Of a DNA stretch of 64,000 nt, positions 34,545 through 44,203 are shown one piece after another. Both the position numbers and the translations under genes were made by a program. Numbering within the stretch: position 1 is the first letter of the stretch; each line of letters begins with the position of its first letter. The notes beneath the pieces are model-generated. The model did not search any database. It saw nothing but the letters and a program-made list of their open reading frames with translations, and was not told the origin of the DNA. The stretch comes from Bacteroidales bacterium (lineage in GTDB: Bacteria; Bacteroidota; Bacteroidia; Bacteroidales; P3), in NCBI GenBank assembly GCA_017550405.1, contig JAFZPH010000019.1, positions 35,075 through 99,074 on the forward strand, read 5' to 3'.

Positions 34545-35906
34545 ATGAAAGATGTAAAGAGCTATATCGAAGCCAACAAAGACAGATTCTTGAATGAACT
34601 ATTCGAACTGATACGCATTCCCTCGATCAGTGCCGAGAGCGAACACAAACCCGACATGGTGCGCTGCGCCGAGAAGTGGAAGGAGTTCCTGCTGGAGGCA
34701 GGCTGCGACAAGGCTGAAGTGATGCCTTCGGCAGGCAATCCTGTGGTGTATGGCGAGAAAACCATCGACCCCGCCAAGCCTACTGTGTTGGTGTATGGTC
34801 ACTATGACGTGATGCCCGTGGCTCCCCTCGAGCTGTGGAAGACCAAGCCTTTCGAGCCCGTGGTGAAAGACGGCAAGATATGGGCCCGCGGCGCCGACGA
34901 CGACAAGGGTCAGAGCTTTATGCAGGCCAAAGCATTCGAGTTTATGGTGAAGACAAACCAGCTGCCCTGCAATGTGAAGTTCATGCTTGAGGGTGAAGAG
35001 GAAATCGGTTCGCCCAGTCTCTATGGCTTTTGCGAGGAGCATAAAGAGCTGCTCAAAGCAGATGTGATTTTGGTGTGTGACACCAGCATGATTGCCCCCG
35101 ATGTGCCCAGTATCACCAGCGGTCTGCGCGGCCTCTGCTACTGGGAGGTGGAGGTGACCGGTGCCAACCACGACCTGCACAGCGGCATTTACGGCGGCGC
35201 CGTGGCCAACCCCATCAACATTCTCTGCAAGATGATTGCAGGACTGCACGACGAGAACAACCACATCACCATCCCCGGTTTCTATGACGATGTGTTGGTT
35301 ATCAGCGACGAGGAACGTGCCCTGATGGCTAAAGCCCCCTTCAACGAAGAGGAATACAAGAGAGATCTCGACATCAAGGCAGTGCATGGCGAAAAAGGCT
35401 ACAGTACAAAAGAGCGTACAGGTATCCGTCCGTGCCTTGACATCTGCGGTATTTGGGGAGGACATACCGGCGAAGGTTCCAAGACCGTGCTGCCCAGCAA
35501 GGCATACGCCAAGATTTCAACCCGTCTGGTTGCTAACCAGGATTTCAACAAAATCAGCAAGCTCTTCCAGGAGTATTTCGAGAGCATTGCCCCCGATTGC
35601 GTCCGCGTGAAAGTGACCCCGTGCCATGGTGGCGCCGCATACGTCAGCCCGCTGGAGATGAAGGCATACCAGGCAGCCGAAAAGGCCATGGAAACCACAT
35701 ACGGAAAACGCCCCATCCCCACACGAAGTGGCGGAAGCATTCCCATTGTGGCCGGTTTCGAGAAAATCCTCGGCACCAAGAGCATATTGATGGGTTTCGG
35801 TCTCGGCAGCGACGACATCCATGCCCCCAACGAGAACTACCCTCTCGAGCAGTTCTTCAAAGGCATCGAGACTATCCCTTATTTCTATGAGTATTTTGCA
35901 AAGTAA
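34545..35906 (+). CDS. M20-family dipeptidase (copy 2, tandem paralogue)
   Basis: Carries the same motifs and is collinear with 33128-34498 along its whole length. Confidence 0.85.
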   Translation: MKDVKSYIEANKDRFLNELFELIRIPSISAESEHKPDMVRCAEKWKEFLLEAGCDKAEVMPSAGNPVVYGEKTIDPAKPTVLVYGHYDVMPVAPLELWKTKPFEPVVKDGKIWARGADDDKGQSFMQAKAFEFMVKTNQLPCNVKFMLEGEEEIGSPSLYGFCEEHKELLKADVILVCDTSMIAPDVPSITSGLRGLCYWEVEVTGANHDLHSGIYGGAVANPINILCKMIAGLHDENNHITIPGFYDDVLVISDEERALMAKAPFNEEEYKRDLDIKAVHGEKGYSTKERTGIRPCLDICGIWGGHTGEGSKTVLPSKAYAKISTRLVANQDFNKISKLFQEYFESIAPDCVRVKVTPCHGGAAYVSPLEMKAYQAAEKAMETTYGKRPIPTRSGGSIPIVAGFEKILGTKSILMGFGLGSDDIHAPNENYPLEQFFKGIETIPYFYEYFAK

Positions 35907-35918
35907 TCAATATCATTT

Positions 35919-36473
35919 ATGAACATGAAGAAACTTGTTTTTATCGCCCTCCTCTCTTTGGCCATGGCTCCCGCTATGGCTCAGCATGGTGGCCACAACT
36001 GCGGTAACTGCCCCCACCACAAACAGCACCAGGCTGCAGCAGCATGCTGCGACCAGCAGAAACAGCAGCCTAAAACTATCAACGGCATGGCTGCAGAGAT
36101 TGTCCAAGCCTTCCCCGAGGCAAAGAGCGTGAAAAAGGAAACCAAATGGACGGTAGTTCTTGATGCCAACAAGAAAGTAATGGGATATGCCGTCTATTCC
36201 AAACCCGCCAGCGACGGTATCAAAGGGTACAATGGTGAGACCCCGTTGATGGTGGCGCTCGATGCCAACAAGAAAGTGAAATGTGTGATACTTCTTCCCA
36301 ACAACGAAACCCCGGGTTACCTGCAACGCGTGGTTGATGCCGGATTGTTGAAGACTTGGGACGGCATGAAGGTAAGCAAGGCTTGCAAAAAGAAAGTCGA
36401 CACTGTATCGGGCGCCACTTTCTCTTCGCGCAGCATTATCCAGACCCTTCAGGCCGCATTGAAAAACCTCTAA
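35919..36473 (+). CDS. Secreted FMN-binding-domain protein with a Cys/His-rich N-terminal segment
   Basis: Signal peptide, then HGGHNCGNCPHHKQHQAAAACC. The C-terminal VDTVSGATFSSRSI is an FMN_bind flavinylation-type motif. Confidence 0.7.
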   Translation: MNMKKLVFIALLSLAMAPAMAQHGGHNCGNCPHHKQHQAAAACCDQQKQQPKTINGMAAEIVQAFPEAKSVKKETKWTVVLDANKKVMGYAVYSKPASDGIKGYNGETPLMVALDANKKVKCVILLPNNETPGYLQRVVDAGLLKTWDGMKVSKACKKKVDTVSGATFSSRSIIQTLQAALKNL

Positions 36474-36474
36474 G

Positions 36475-37065
36475 ATGGAATATTCCATTTTTGACAACAT
36501 GGAGCGCTGTACCCCAGATGAGGTACAGCGCTTGTTACCTTTGGTGCCGGAAGAGCATCAGGCTATTGCCCTGAAATTCAAGCACACCTTTGGTCAGTTC
36601 GCCACGCTCAAAAGCATACTAATGCTGAAAGAGCTGTTGACCAGGAGGGAGTTAATACACGATGACGATCCCCTTCATTTCGAATACAACTCCCATGGCA
36701 AGCCTTATCTAGCCAACCATCATGGTATACACTTCAACATCAGCCACTGTCCACACGCCATCGCTGTGGCAGTGGACGATGCACCTATTGGAGTGGATGT
36801 GGAACGATTTGTCTCACCTTCCGAATCATTGCTCAACTACTGTCTGAACGAGGATGAAGTACAGCAGGTACAACAATCAGCCTGTCCTGAGCAGACCTTT
36901 GCCGCCTTCTGGACGAAGAAAGAGGCCCTCTTCAAACTTCGCGGCACCGGCATCACGCACGAGCTGCGCAATGTACTTACCCAGCTTCAACCGAATGAAA
37001 AGTTGGAGACGACCTTGTTTGAAGAGAAAAGATTTGCCTTTACTCTGGCTTTGACGATTCACTGA
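36475..37065 (+). CDS. 4'-phosphopantetheinyl transferase (Sfp type)
   Basis: GKPYL, FNISHC, IGVDVE and FWTKKEALFK motifs. Confidence 0.8.
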   Translation: MEYSIFDNMERCTPDEVQRLLPLVPEEHQAIALKFKHTFGQFATLKSILMLKELLTRRELIHDDDPLHFEYNSHGKPYLANHHGIHFNISHCPHAIAVAVDDAPIGVDVERFVSPSESLLNYCLNEDEVQQVQQSACPEQTFAAFWTKKEALFKLRGTGITHELRNVLTQLQPNEKLETTLFEEKRFAFTLALTIH

Positions 37066-37200
37066 CAATAGTGAACTCCACGTCGGCGAGCTTGAAAGAC
37101 AAGGTGTCGGAAGTTGTATGTTCAAAAATCAGTGGCTGCTGATTAAGTGAATCCTGCATTACCGGCTCTTGGACAAAAGTCCGAATGGATATAAATAATA

Positions 37201-38619
37201 TCACTTAGAAAATATCTTCAACATCTTGAGCTTCTTCTCCCCTGCCCTACCGCTGTAGGGATGTTCACGAAGAGAAAGGTTGAACCTGTTGCTACCCATC
37301 AGCACAGTGGATGGGTGAGTGAATTCGCGGAAGCCCCATTCGCCATGATAGGCACCCATGCCTGAATGCCCTGTGCCATTGAAAGGAACCCCTTGTACCA
37401 TAAGATGTATGCATACCTCGTTGATACATCCTCCCCCATACTGTTGGCTACGCATCACCCGACGTGCCCAACGACGATTGCGGGTGAAGAGATACATAGC
37501 CAGGGGATGCTCCCTCTCGGCAATGACATTCATGAGCCAATCGACATCGGCATCCTTGAATGGGACTATCGGCAACAGCGGACAGAACAGTTCCTGTTGT
37601 ACGATTGGATCATCTATTCCTATAGGATATAGAATTGTTGGTGAATAGCGACGGCTGCTCCTGTCTCCTTGTCCCCCCATCACAATCCGGTTGCGATGGC
37701 TTTCGGCCCAGGCAGCACAACGGTCGTAGGCAGACTCGGTAATCAGTTTGGGGTATGACTCGTTTGTAAGCGGTGAATCACCAATCTGTTTGGAGAAAGC
37801 CATCTTCAATTCCCTGACGAAATCATCCGCCACCTCTTCAGCGACAGCTACCTGATTGATATTGATGCAAATCTGCCCAGCATTGCATAGTTTGAAGAAA
37901 GCCACTTTCCGTGCAGCATCCTTCAAGTCGGCATCCTTACGCACAATGCACCAGTTACCTGTCTCTCCGCCCAACTCCAATGCCACGGGGGTAAGATTCT
38001 TTGCCGCCTCCGCCATCACATGTTTCCCCACTGCTGGCGAGCCAGTATAGAAAATCTTGTCGAATCGTTGTTCCAGACACATGTCAGCCACATCGTGTCC
38101 ACCATCAACAAGTGTTACATACTCAGGAGGGAACAGGTCGGCGATGAACCGCTTCAACACGGCCGTACATGCAGCCGATTTGCTGCTGGCCTTGATAACA
38201 GCAGTGTTGCCACCGGCCAGACTGGCTGTCAGCACCCCAAGGGTGAGAAGGATGGGGAAGTTAAACGGACTGATAATAAGTGTGACACCGTATGGCATTT
38301 TGTATACCTTCGTCACAATGCTTGGGAAACACATCAAGCCACTATAATGGCATTCGGGGCGTGCCCAACGCTTTAGTCCTCGAATGGTCTCATTAATCTC
38401 GGTGATGGTTGGGAGGATGTCGCATAGATAGCCTTCCACCGCACTACGGCCAAGGTCTTGTTGCAATGCCTCTTCAAATTCATGCTCATAGGCCAATACC
38501 CCTGCTTTTAAACGTTTCAACTGTTTTATTCGCCACTTCAAGTCAAGCGTTTCTCCCTTGAGGAAATAGGTTCGCTGGCGTTCAACAATCTGCTTAATTT
38601 CTTCACTTGTGTAGTTCAT
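37201..38619 (-). CDS. Aldehyde dehydrogenase (class-3-like)
   Basis: ELGGETG and CNAGQICI catalytic motifs. The start is uncertain: ATG at 38619, or ATG 38637 / TTG 38640. Confidence 0.85.
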   Translation of the reverse strand: MNYTSEEIKQIVERQRTYFLKGETLDLKWRIKQLKRLKAGVLAYEHEFEEALQQDLGRSAVEGYLCDILPTITEINETIRGLKRWARPECHYSGLMCFPSIVTKVYKMPYGVTLIISPFNFPILLTLGVLTASLAGGNTAVIKASSKSAACTAVLKRFIADLFPPEYVTLVDGGHDVADMCLEQRFDKIFYTGSPAVGKHVMAEAAKNLTPVALELGGETGNWCIVRKDADLKDAARKVAFFKLCNAGQICININQVAVAEEVADDFVRELKMAFSKQIGDSPLTNESYPKLITESAYDRCAAWAESHRNRIVMGGQGDRSSRRYSPTILYPIGIDDPIVQQELFCPLLPIVPFKDADVDWLMNVIAEREHPLAMYLFTRNRRWARRVMRSQQYGGGCINEVCIHLMVQGVPFNGTGHSGMGAYHGEWGFREFTHPSTVLMGSNRFNLSLREHPYSGRAGEKKLKMLKIFSK

Positions 38620-38706
38620 AGTATCAATTCCTTTCATCAAATAAAAAACATGGGTTCCATTCTGCCGGTCAACTATTTCATCTCAGGCGTATCACTGTTT
38701 CGCTGT

Positions 38707-39573
38707 CTATCGCTCTTGGACCAGACGCACACTATGTCCATTGCTTCGCGCCGCAGTGGATAAGGCATAACCTAACGATTGTATATACACTTCGTATGCG
38801 GTTTCTTGATCATAATAACTGCCCGTCCAATAGCATCCATACTCTCCCACCAGCGATACATTGTCGCGGTCGCGATAGCCTCCAGTGGGAAGAAATACAG
38901 CTCCGGCGCCTTCCATACTTTTCCACTGCTCGATAGTATAAACATTGGTGGAGAACATTTCTCCGATTCCGTATTGGAAAGAACAGCCTGCCGGTAGCTC
39001 CCATTTGTCCGGAAGCAAAAGCAGACCATACATCGGTGAACCATCCTCCCGAGCGTTCTTGATTGTAGCCAATCCGCGCTTGACATTGGCCAATTCGCGA
39101 TAGGAGAACAGGTACTTCCATTCTTCATACGACATTGTTCGCCATACACGTGGTTTGTCGCCCCCATTGCTGATGGAGTTGTAACGACCCCAATCGTAAT
39201 CTGTACCACTTATATCTTGGTCCTCGATGCCATAATAGCTGTTGGTGTCGATTATTGTATAAGGCATGAGGTTACGGTAACCTGATGTTCCCCAGCCAAA
39301 CAAGTCGATCCAGCCACTGTATGTCGTATCTACCAGATTGTTACTTGTGCCAATTACATCATATTGATGAGCAGCAAAACGCCATGTCTTTGTCGATGCC
39401 TGATATTGCAAATTCCCTTGCGCAAACACCACGGTTGTGGTGTCACCAATGGAATACCGAGCATTGATGGCTCCGACGGCAGGGTAAAAGGGCTTTTCAT
39501 GTACCGTTTCCTTTTCTTGGCAGCCCGTTGCCAAAAAAAAGGCGAGTGGCAATAGCAAAGTGATGTATCTCAT
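38707..39573 (-). CDS. Lipoprotein of a FISUMP/DUF1566-like family (paralogue of 61178-61960)
   Basis: Lipobox LATGC. Motifs DLFGWGTSG, WRTMSYEEWKYLF, LLLPDKWELP, AVFLPTGGY and GHSVRLVQ. Confidence 0.65.
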   Translation of the reverse strand: MRYITLLLPLAFFLATGCQEKETVHEKPFYPAVGAINARYSIGDTTTVVFAQGNLQYQASTKTWRFAAHQYDVIGTSNNLVDTTYSGWIDLFGWGTSGYRNLMPYTIIDTNSYYGIEDQDISGTDYDWGRYNSISNGGDKPRVWRTMSYEEWKYLFSYRELANVKRGLATIKNAREDGSPMYGLLLLPDKWELPAGCSFQYGIGEMFSTNVYTIEQWKSMEGAGAVFLPTGGYRDRDNVSLVGEYGCYWTGSYYDQETAYEVYIQSLGYALSTAARSNGHSVRLVQER

Positions 39574-39650
39574 AATAATTAATAACGACAATTCTATTAT
39601 TATATTGTATGTTCTACATACACCCACCGTTGATGCCTACGAATGAAAGA

Positions 39651-40283
39651 CTATTCAGGGAAATATTCGGCAAATGTATGGTCGTTATATAGTACCACTA
39701 TTTTTTCAATCTTCTTCCTCGTCACATTTATCTGAACGGGTACACCAACCTTATTTGCTTCTTTTGTCGAAATCTCATCGGTCGAGTGAGTTTCGTCATT
39801 CTTCGTTTCTTTTTTTGCCACAACAGCCTGGTCTTCAGGAGGATTGTTGGTAGGAGTATATGGCACAGCCTTAATCTTGTCAATTGTAGATACATCCTGT
39901 TTTTCAGATTGTTGCATTTCTACTTTGTGAACAGAATTGTTATCGTTCTGAGTCACTAGCTCTTCGGCAGTAAAGGCTGGTTGTGAAAAAAGATCGTACT
40001 CATCTTGCTGAGATTCCGTTGTTTCATGTACGATAGGCTGCTCAAGAATCGTTGGCTGTTGCATCTCACTTGGAGAAACATACATTTCTCCTTTGCCAAA
40101 CATAAGCCAGCTGATATTTATTTCAGGCCACCGTTTCATTACTTTCAAAACAAAATCAAGACTGGGATTATTTCGTCCAGACAATATGTGTGATATCCCA
40201 CTTGGCTGGATGCCGATTTCTTCAGCGAACTGTCGCGCTGTTATATTTTTTGCTTTCAATAAAAGATTTATTCTGTCTACCAT
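39651..40283 (-). CDS. XRE-family HTH transcriptional regulator
   Basis: The N-terminal ITARQFAEEIGIQPSGISHILSGRNNPSLDF is an HTH_3-like pattern. The C-terminal half is acidic and low-complexity. Confidence 0.8.
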   Translation of the reverse strand: MVDRINLLLKAKNITARQFAEEIGIQPSGISHILSGRNNPSLDFVLKVMKRWPEINISWLMFGKGEMYVSPSEMQQPTILEQPIVHETTESQQDEYDLFSQPAFTAEELVTQNDNNSVHKVEMQQSEKQDVSTIDKIKAVPYTPTNNPPEDQAVVAKKETKNDETHSTDEISTKEANKVGVPVQINVTRKKIEKIVVLYNDHTFAEYFPE

Positions 40284-40317
40284 ACCATAATATTTGTTTG
40301 ATTCGTATTTCTAGTAA

Positions 40318-40670
40318 TTTACATCTGTAACTACATTTAATTCATTGTGCAAAGATACGACTTTTTTTCGGTTTACATAAATAATTGTTTATATTATTAC
40401 AGATGTAAACCTGCGAATTGATAAATCAAAACATTAAATGATTAAATATATTCTATTGTTATTAAGTCTATTAAATTCTATTTATTTCGAAGTTGATTAT
40501 ACCTTCATTTAATCTCATTTAATACTTTATATGATTATAATTATATATTGATATATAGTTTACTAATAATACAATATATATCAATTATATCACTATTTAT
40601 GTGGTTTACATGTTTTATGTGGTTTACATCTGTAATAATACCCATTCTGTTACAATATTTACGAATGTAA
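40318..40670. promoter_or_regulatory. Cluster of TTACA-N2-TGTAA palindromes (candidate operators)
   Basis: TTACATCTGTAA at 40319-40330 and 40624-40635, its complement TTACAGATGTAA at 40397-40408, and the variant TTACGAATGTAA at 40659-40670. Confidence 0.45.
40350..40357 (-). promoter_or_regulatory. -7 box for the XRE regulator
   Basis: The minus strand reads TATCTTTG, about 67 nt upstream of the ATG at 40283. Confidence 0.5.
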
Positions 40671-41419
40671 CTATATTATCCTTTGGTTGATGTTTACAGA
40701 ATTAAACACGCACACTTGTTGAAACTATGTAGATAAAGACTAATTACATCATATCTTCATTATCCCACGTTTGGTATCAATAAATATCATACCTATCTAT
40801 CAAATATCATTTATGAGAGCTAAAAAGTTAAAAACAACTCGAATCCATCACACATGTTGTTATGTAACAGGAAATTAAATAAGATTATATCATATACAAG
40901 TCAGTTTTGTAATAATTCATTATACCAATCATCCAAACCATAACAACTCATGTGCTATCTTTGGTTTCTGGAATACATCCCCAATTACGTAATAACATCA
41001 ATTGTGCATCATGCTAATGAATGATATTGTCCACAATGCTTCCCTACCCTATCCGTTTATCCACCTTTGCCATTCAGTTTGTTCAATGATTGCAATGTAT
41101 TTTATGCCAGATCAACTAAAGAAATGATTGGCATCGTTATGAGACTTGCTTTCTATTCATTATTGGCGTAGGCGTATTCCTTGTATATACGAGAAGAACT
41201 GTGCATTGATCAATTATTATTATTTGTGTGAGGATAACACGGTACCTCTATACCTCTACTTGATTAATCATTACCATTTAGGCATGTTATCGTCATAATG
41301 TCGGTTATTAAGAAAAAAAAACGTACATTTTTCTTTGTATATATATTTTTTTTTGTATTTTTGTATCGAGATAGAATGAGGTAGGTTGGTTAATAATGCA
41401 TTAATAATGATTTTATTAT

Positions 41420-41653
41420 ATGAGCGAAGAAGTTAAAAAGAATTGGTGGAACAGTTCGAACAGGTGGACATATCTTAGGATTGCATTCCTGAGTTTTACT
41501 ACTCCATCACGAGTTTATGAGTTGGCACATAAGTCGCATTCCTCCACTATAAGAGAGAAAGTTATTAGAGGTCGTCTAATAGAAGCTGGGGTATTGGGTA
41601 TTTCTAATTCTGAGGAGTCATCCAATATTGATTTAGAAAAAGGACATATTTAA
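41420..41653 (+). CDS. Hypothetical small protein
   Basis: 77-aa ORF in the AT-rich region. I recognise no motif. Confidence 0.3.
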   Translation: MSEEVKKNWWNSSNRWTYLRIAFLSFTTPSRVYELAHKSHSSTIREKVIRGRLIEAGVLGISNSEESSNIDLEKGHI

Positions 41654-41703
41654 ATACTAATGACACTGAGTACATTAAACATAATATAAATAATAGAATC
41701 AAC

Positions 41704-41820
41704 ATGAAAAAGTCCCTTATTGCAGTCTGTTTGGTCATGCTTATCGCCATGGTTGCATCTTCATGCACTCATCACACTTGCCCGGCTTATCGTGGTTCGA
41801 TAGCTGAAGTAGTTGAATAA
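41704..41820 (+). CDS. 38-aa putative lipoprotein, too short for the supplied ORF track
   Basis: ATG at 41704. MKKSLIAVCLVMLIAMVASSCTHHTCPAYRGSIAEVVE with lipobox VASSC. A hairpin AATGCCTTAG/CTAGGGCATT followed by a T-run lies downstream. Confidence 0.45.
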   Translation: MKKSLIAVCLVMLIAMVASSCTHHTCPAYRGSIAEVVE

Positions 41821-41900
41821 GTATTTTTCCGAACAAGACGAATCCAGAAACAATGCCTTAGCCTTTTATGACTAGGGCATTGTTTTTCTTGTAATGAGGT

Positions 41901-41951
41901 TTAACCCCAATCGGTCATTTCAGGCATCCTCCAAATGCCCGATTAGGGTTT
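41901..41951. repeat. Palindromic mini-element of the CGGTCATT family
   Basis: TTAACCCCAATCGGTCATT ... AATGCCCGATTAGGGTT are inverted arms related to the terminal repeats of the MITE-like element. Confidence 0.6.
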
Positions 41952-42149
41952 TAAAGTGAGCTTTATTCGCTTGTTAGAAATGAGCGATACTATAGATAAT
42001 AAGCTGTTTCGTAATTGATTGTAAGATTTTGTGGAAAAAGAAATCCCCTTTTCTGTTTATTTAGACTATTAACAGAAAAGGGGAAATAAATGGTCTGTTC
42101 TCTCAAAAAAGATGTGTCTTGTAGTTTGAAATAGGGCAAATGGGGCGAA

Positions 42150-42359
42150 TCATTTCAGTAAGTTCTCAAGTTCGGCTATACGGCTTCGAATCTTGTTGAC
42201 CTGGCTTTGGAGGAAGTCCTCACTGTATTTGGAATCACAGAAGCCATTACCGCGTGCTATATATGCTGAATCGTCTTCCATGTCTACTTCAAGTTCCAAA
42301 TAATTGAGCAACAGTTGTTGCTGTTGCTCAATTTCTTTTAATATATCTTCTCGGTTCAT
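42150..42359 (-). CDS. Hypothetical small coiled-coil protein
   Basis: ORF downstream of ftcD on the same strand. MNREDILKEIEQQQQLLLNYLELEV... The start is uncertain. Confidence 0.35.
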   Translation of the reverse strand: MNREDILKEIEQQQQLLLNYLELEVDMEDDSAYIARGNGFCDSKYSEDFLQSQVNKIRSRIAELENLLK

Positions 42360-42384
42360 ATATCCGGGGAAAGAAGTGCGAGAA

Positions 42385-44082
42385 TTAGAGACCAATCTTT
42401 TCGTTTACAATCTTGATGATTTCAGCCTCTTCTTTAATCGCACGTGCCTCAAGGTCGGCAGCCTTGGAAAGAATTTCGTTTTTGAATGATTCATCTTTCA
42501 GAGAGCTGGCATTGATCTTCACGTTGAGATGGGCACCCATGACGGCACTACGCGCGGCAAGCGCTCCAACGCCTCCGTCCGTCACACTTGCCGGGTTGCC
42601 CCACTCCACCATCGCACGGCACACCTCGAAGGCTTCGAAACTCTTCTGCATGGTGTGGAAGGGAACTTCGGTAGCGAACTTAGTGGCCTCTTGGATAGCT
42701 GCAGTGCGTGCAGCCTTCTCCTCGTCGGTTTTCTTGGGCAGGCCAAATGCATTCATTATCTTGTTGAAAGCATTGGTATCCTCGTCAACAAGGTGCAAGA
42801 GCTCTGTCTTAAGGGCTTGACCTTTGACAGCGATGTCGCTGAACTTCTCCCACTCATCGTCGTAGGCTGCTTTGCCACCAGTCAGGTTGGCAACCATCGT
42901 ACCTAACGATGCGGCCAAAGCGCCCATATAGGCACTCACACTGCCACCACCGGGAGCGGGGCTCTCGCTGGCGGTCTCGTCGCAGAAACCAGTGCAGGTG
43001 AGGTCGACTAGCTTCTTCTGACTATGGTCTTCGATAAGGAATTCGATTACTTTCTCCTTGGGGTCGAAAGGCTTGAGGTCGTCAAGACCCATGCTCTTGA
43101 TAGCCACCTTCATGATTTCGTCCTCGCTGACACCAAGGCTGCGCTGCTGTTTGGCCAGATAGTATTTACCGGCGTCAATCAGCACACTCTTGGGAATAAG
43201 ACCCACGATTTCACAGCCCGTAACGCGGAGACCGCGATTGGCAGCGCAACGGCACACCTCGTCGAAACAGAGGTGGACAGGAGCTACCTTGATGCTGGTG
43301 ATGTTCATCGAGACCTGTGCGATGCCGTAATCTTCGATATACCAACCGATGGCCTTGGTGCCCTTGAGGGTGCCGGGAATCATGATGGTATTGCCCTTCT
43401 CGTCTTTCATTATCTTGCCGCTGGGTTTGCCGCCCTCGCGCTGCGGACGCCCCTTTTCGCGCACATCGAAGGCTACGGCGTTGGCACGGCGGGTGCTGGT
43501 GGTGTTGAGATTGTAGTTGATGGCTACGAGGAAATCGCGGGCACCCACCTGGGTGGCTCCGGTCTGGGCCACATGGTCGTTCCACTCATTGGGACCGAAG
43601 TCGGGCTTCCATTCCTCGCTGCCCAAACGGCTGGAAAGGCTCTCGTATTCGCCGGTGCGGCAATAGGCCAGATTGCGGCGTTTGGGCTGGAAGGCGGCAT
43701 TCTCGTAGCAGTAAATGGGGATGTTCAGCTCCTCGCCTAAGCGTTTGCCAAGTTTGTGGGCGTATTCCACCACTTCTTCCATGCTGATGTTGCTGACGGG
43801 GATAAGCGGACACACATCGGTGGCACCTTGACGGGGATGAGCGCCATGGTGGTTGCGCATATCGATAAGTTCGGCGGCTTTCTGAACTACACGGAAAGCG
43901 GCCTCGCAAGCCTGCTCGGGTTCTCCCACAAAGGTGATGACTGTACGGTTGGTTGTCTGGCCGGGATCCACGTCGAGAAGCTTTACGCCTTCTACTTTTT
44001 CAATCTCGGCTGTCACCTGGTTAATGATATTCATGTCGCGTCCCTCGCTGATATTGGGTACGCACTCGATTAGTTGTTTCAT
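42385..44082 (-). CDS. ftcD: Bifunctional glutamate formimidoyltransferase / formimidoyltetrahydrofolate cyclodeaminase
   Basis: N-terminus MKQLIECVPNISEGRD plus a C-terminal all-helical cyclodeaminase-like domain. 565 aa. Confidence 0.85.
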   Translation of the reverse strand: MKQLIECVPNISEGRDMNIINQVTAEIEKVEGVKLLDVDPGQTTNRTVITFVGEPEQACEAAFRVVQKAAELIDMRNHHGAHPRQGATDVCPLIPVSNISMEEVVEYAHKLGKRLGEELNIPIYCYENAAFQPKRRNLAYCRTGEYESLSSRLGSEEWKPDFGPNEWNDHVAQTGATQVGARDFLVAINYNLNTTSTRRANAVAFDVREKGRPQREGGKPSGKIMKDEKGNTIMIPGTLKGTKAIGWYIEDYGIAQVSMNITSIKVAPVHLCFDEVCRCAANRGLRVTGCEIVGLIPKSVLIDAGKYYLAKQQRSLGVSEDEIMKVAIKSMGLDDLKPFDPKEKVIEFLIEDHSQKKLVDLTCTGFCDETASESPAPGGGSVSAYMGALAASLGTMVANLTGGKAAYDDEWEKFSDIAVKGQALKTELLHLVDEDTNAFNKIMNAFGLPKKTDEEKAARTAAIQEATKFATEVPFHTMQKSFEAFEVCRAMVEWGNPASVTDGGVGALAARSAVMGAHLNVKINASSLKDESFKNEILSKAADLEARAIKEEAEIIKIVNEKIGL

Positions 44083-44203
44083 GATGCTTATAATGTTTAG
44101 TTTATATACAACTTTGTTTCAACTTGTTGCCAAATATACCAGCAGCAAGAATGTAGTGCAAAGATACGAAAACTTTTTTAATCTGCGATTGTACTGTGGG
44201 CAT

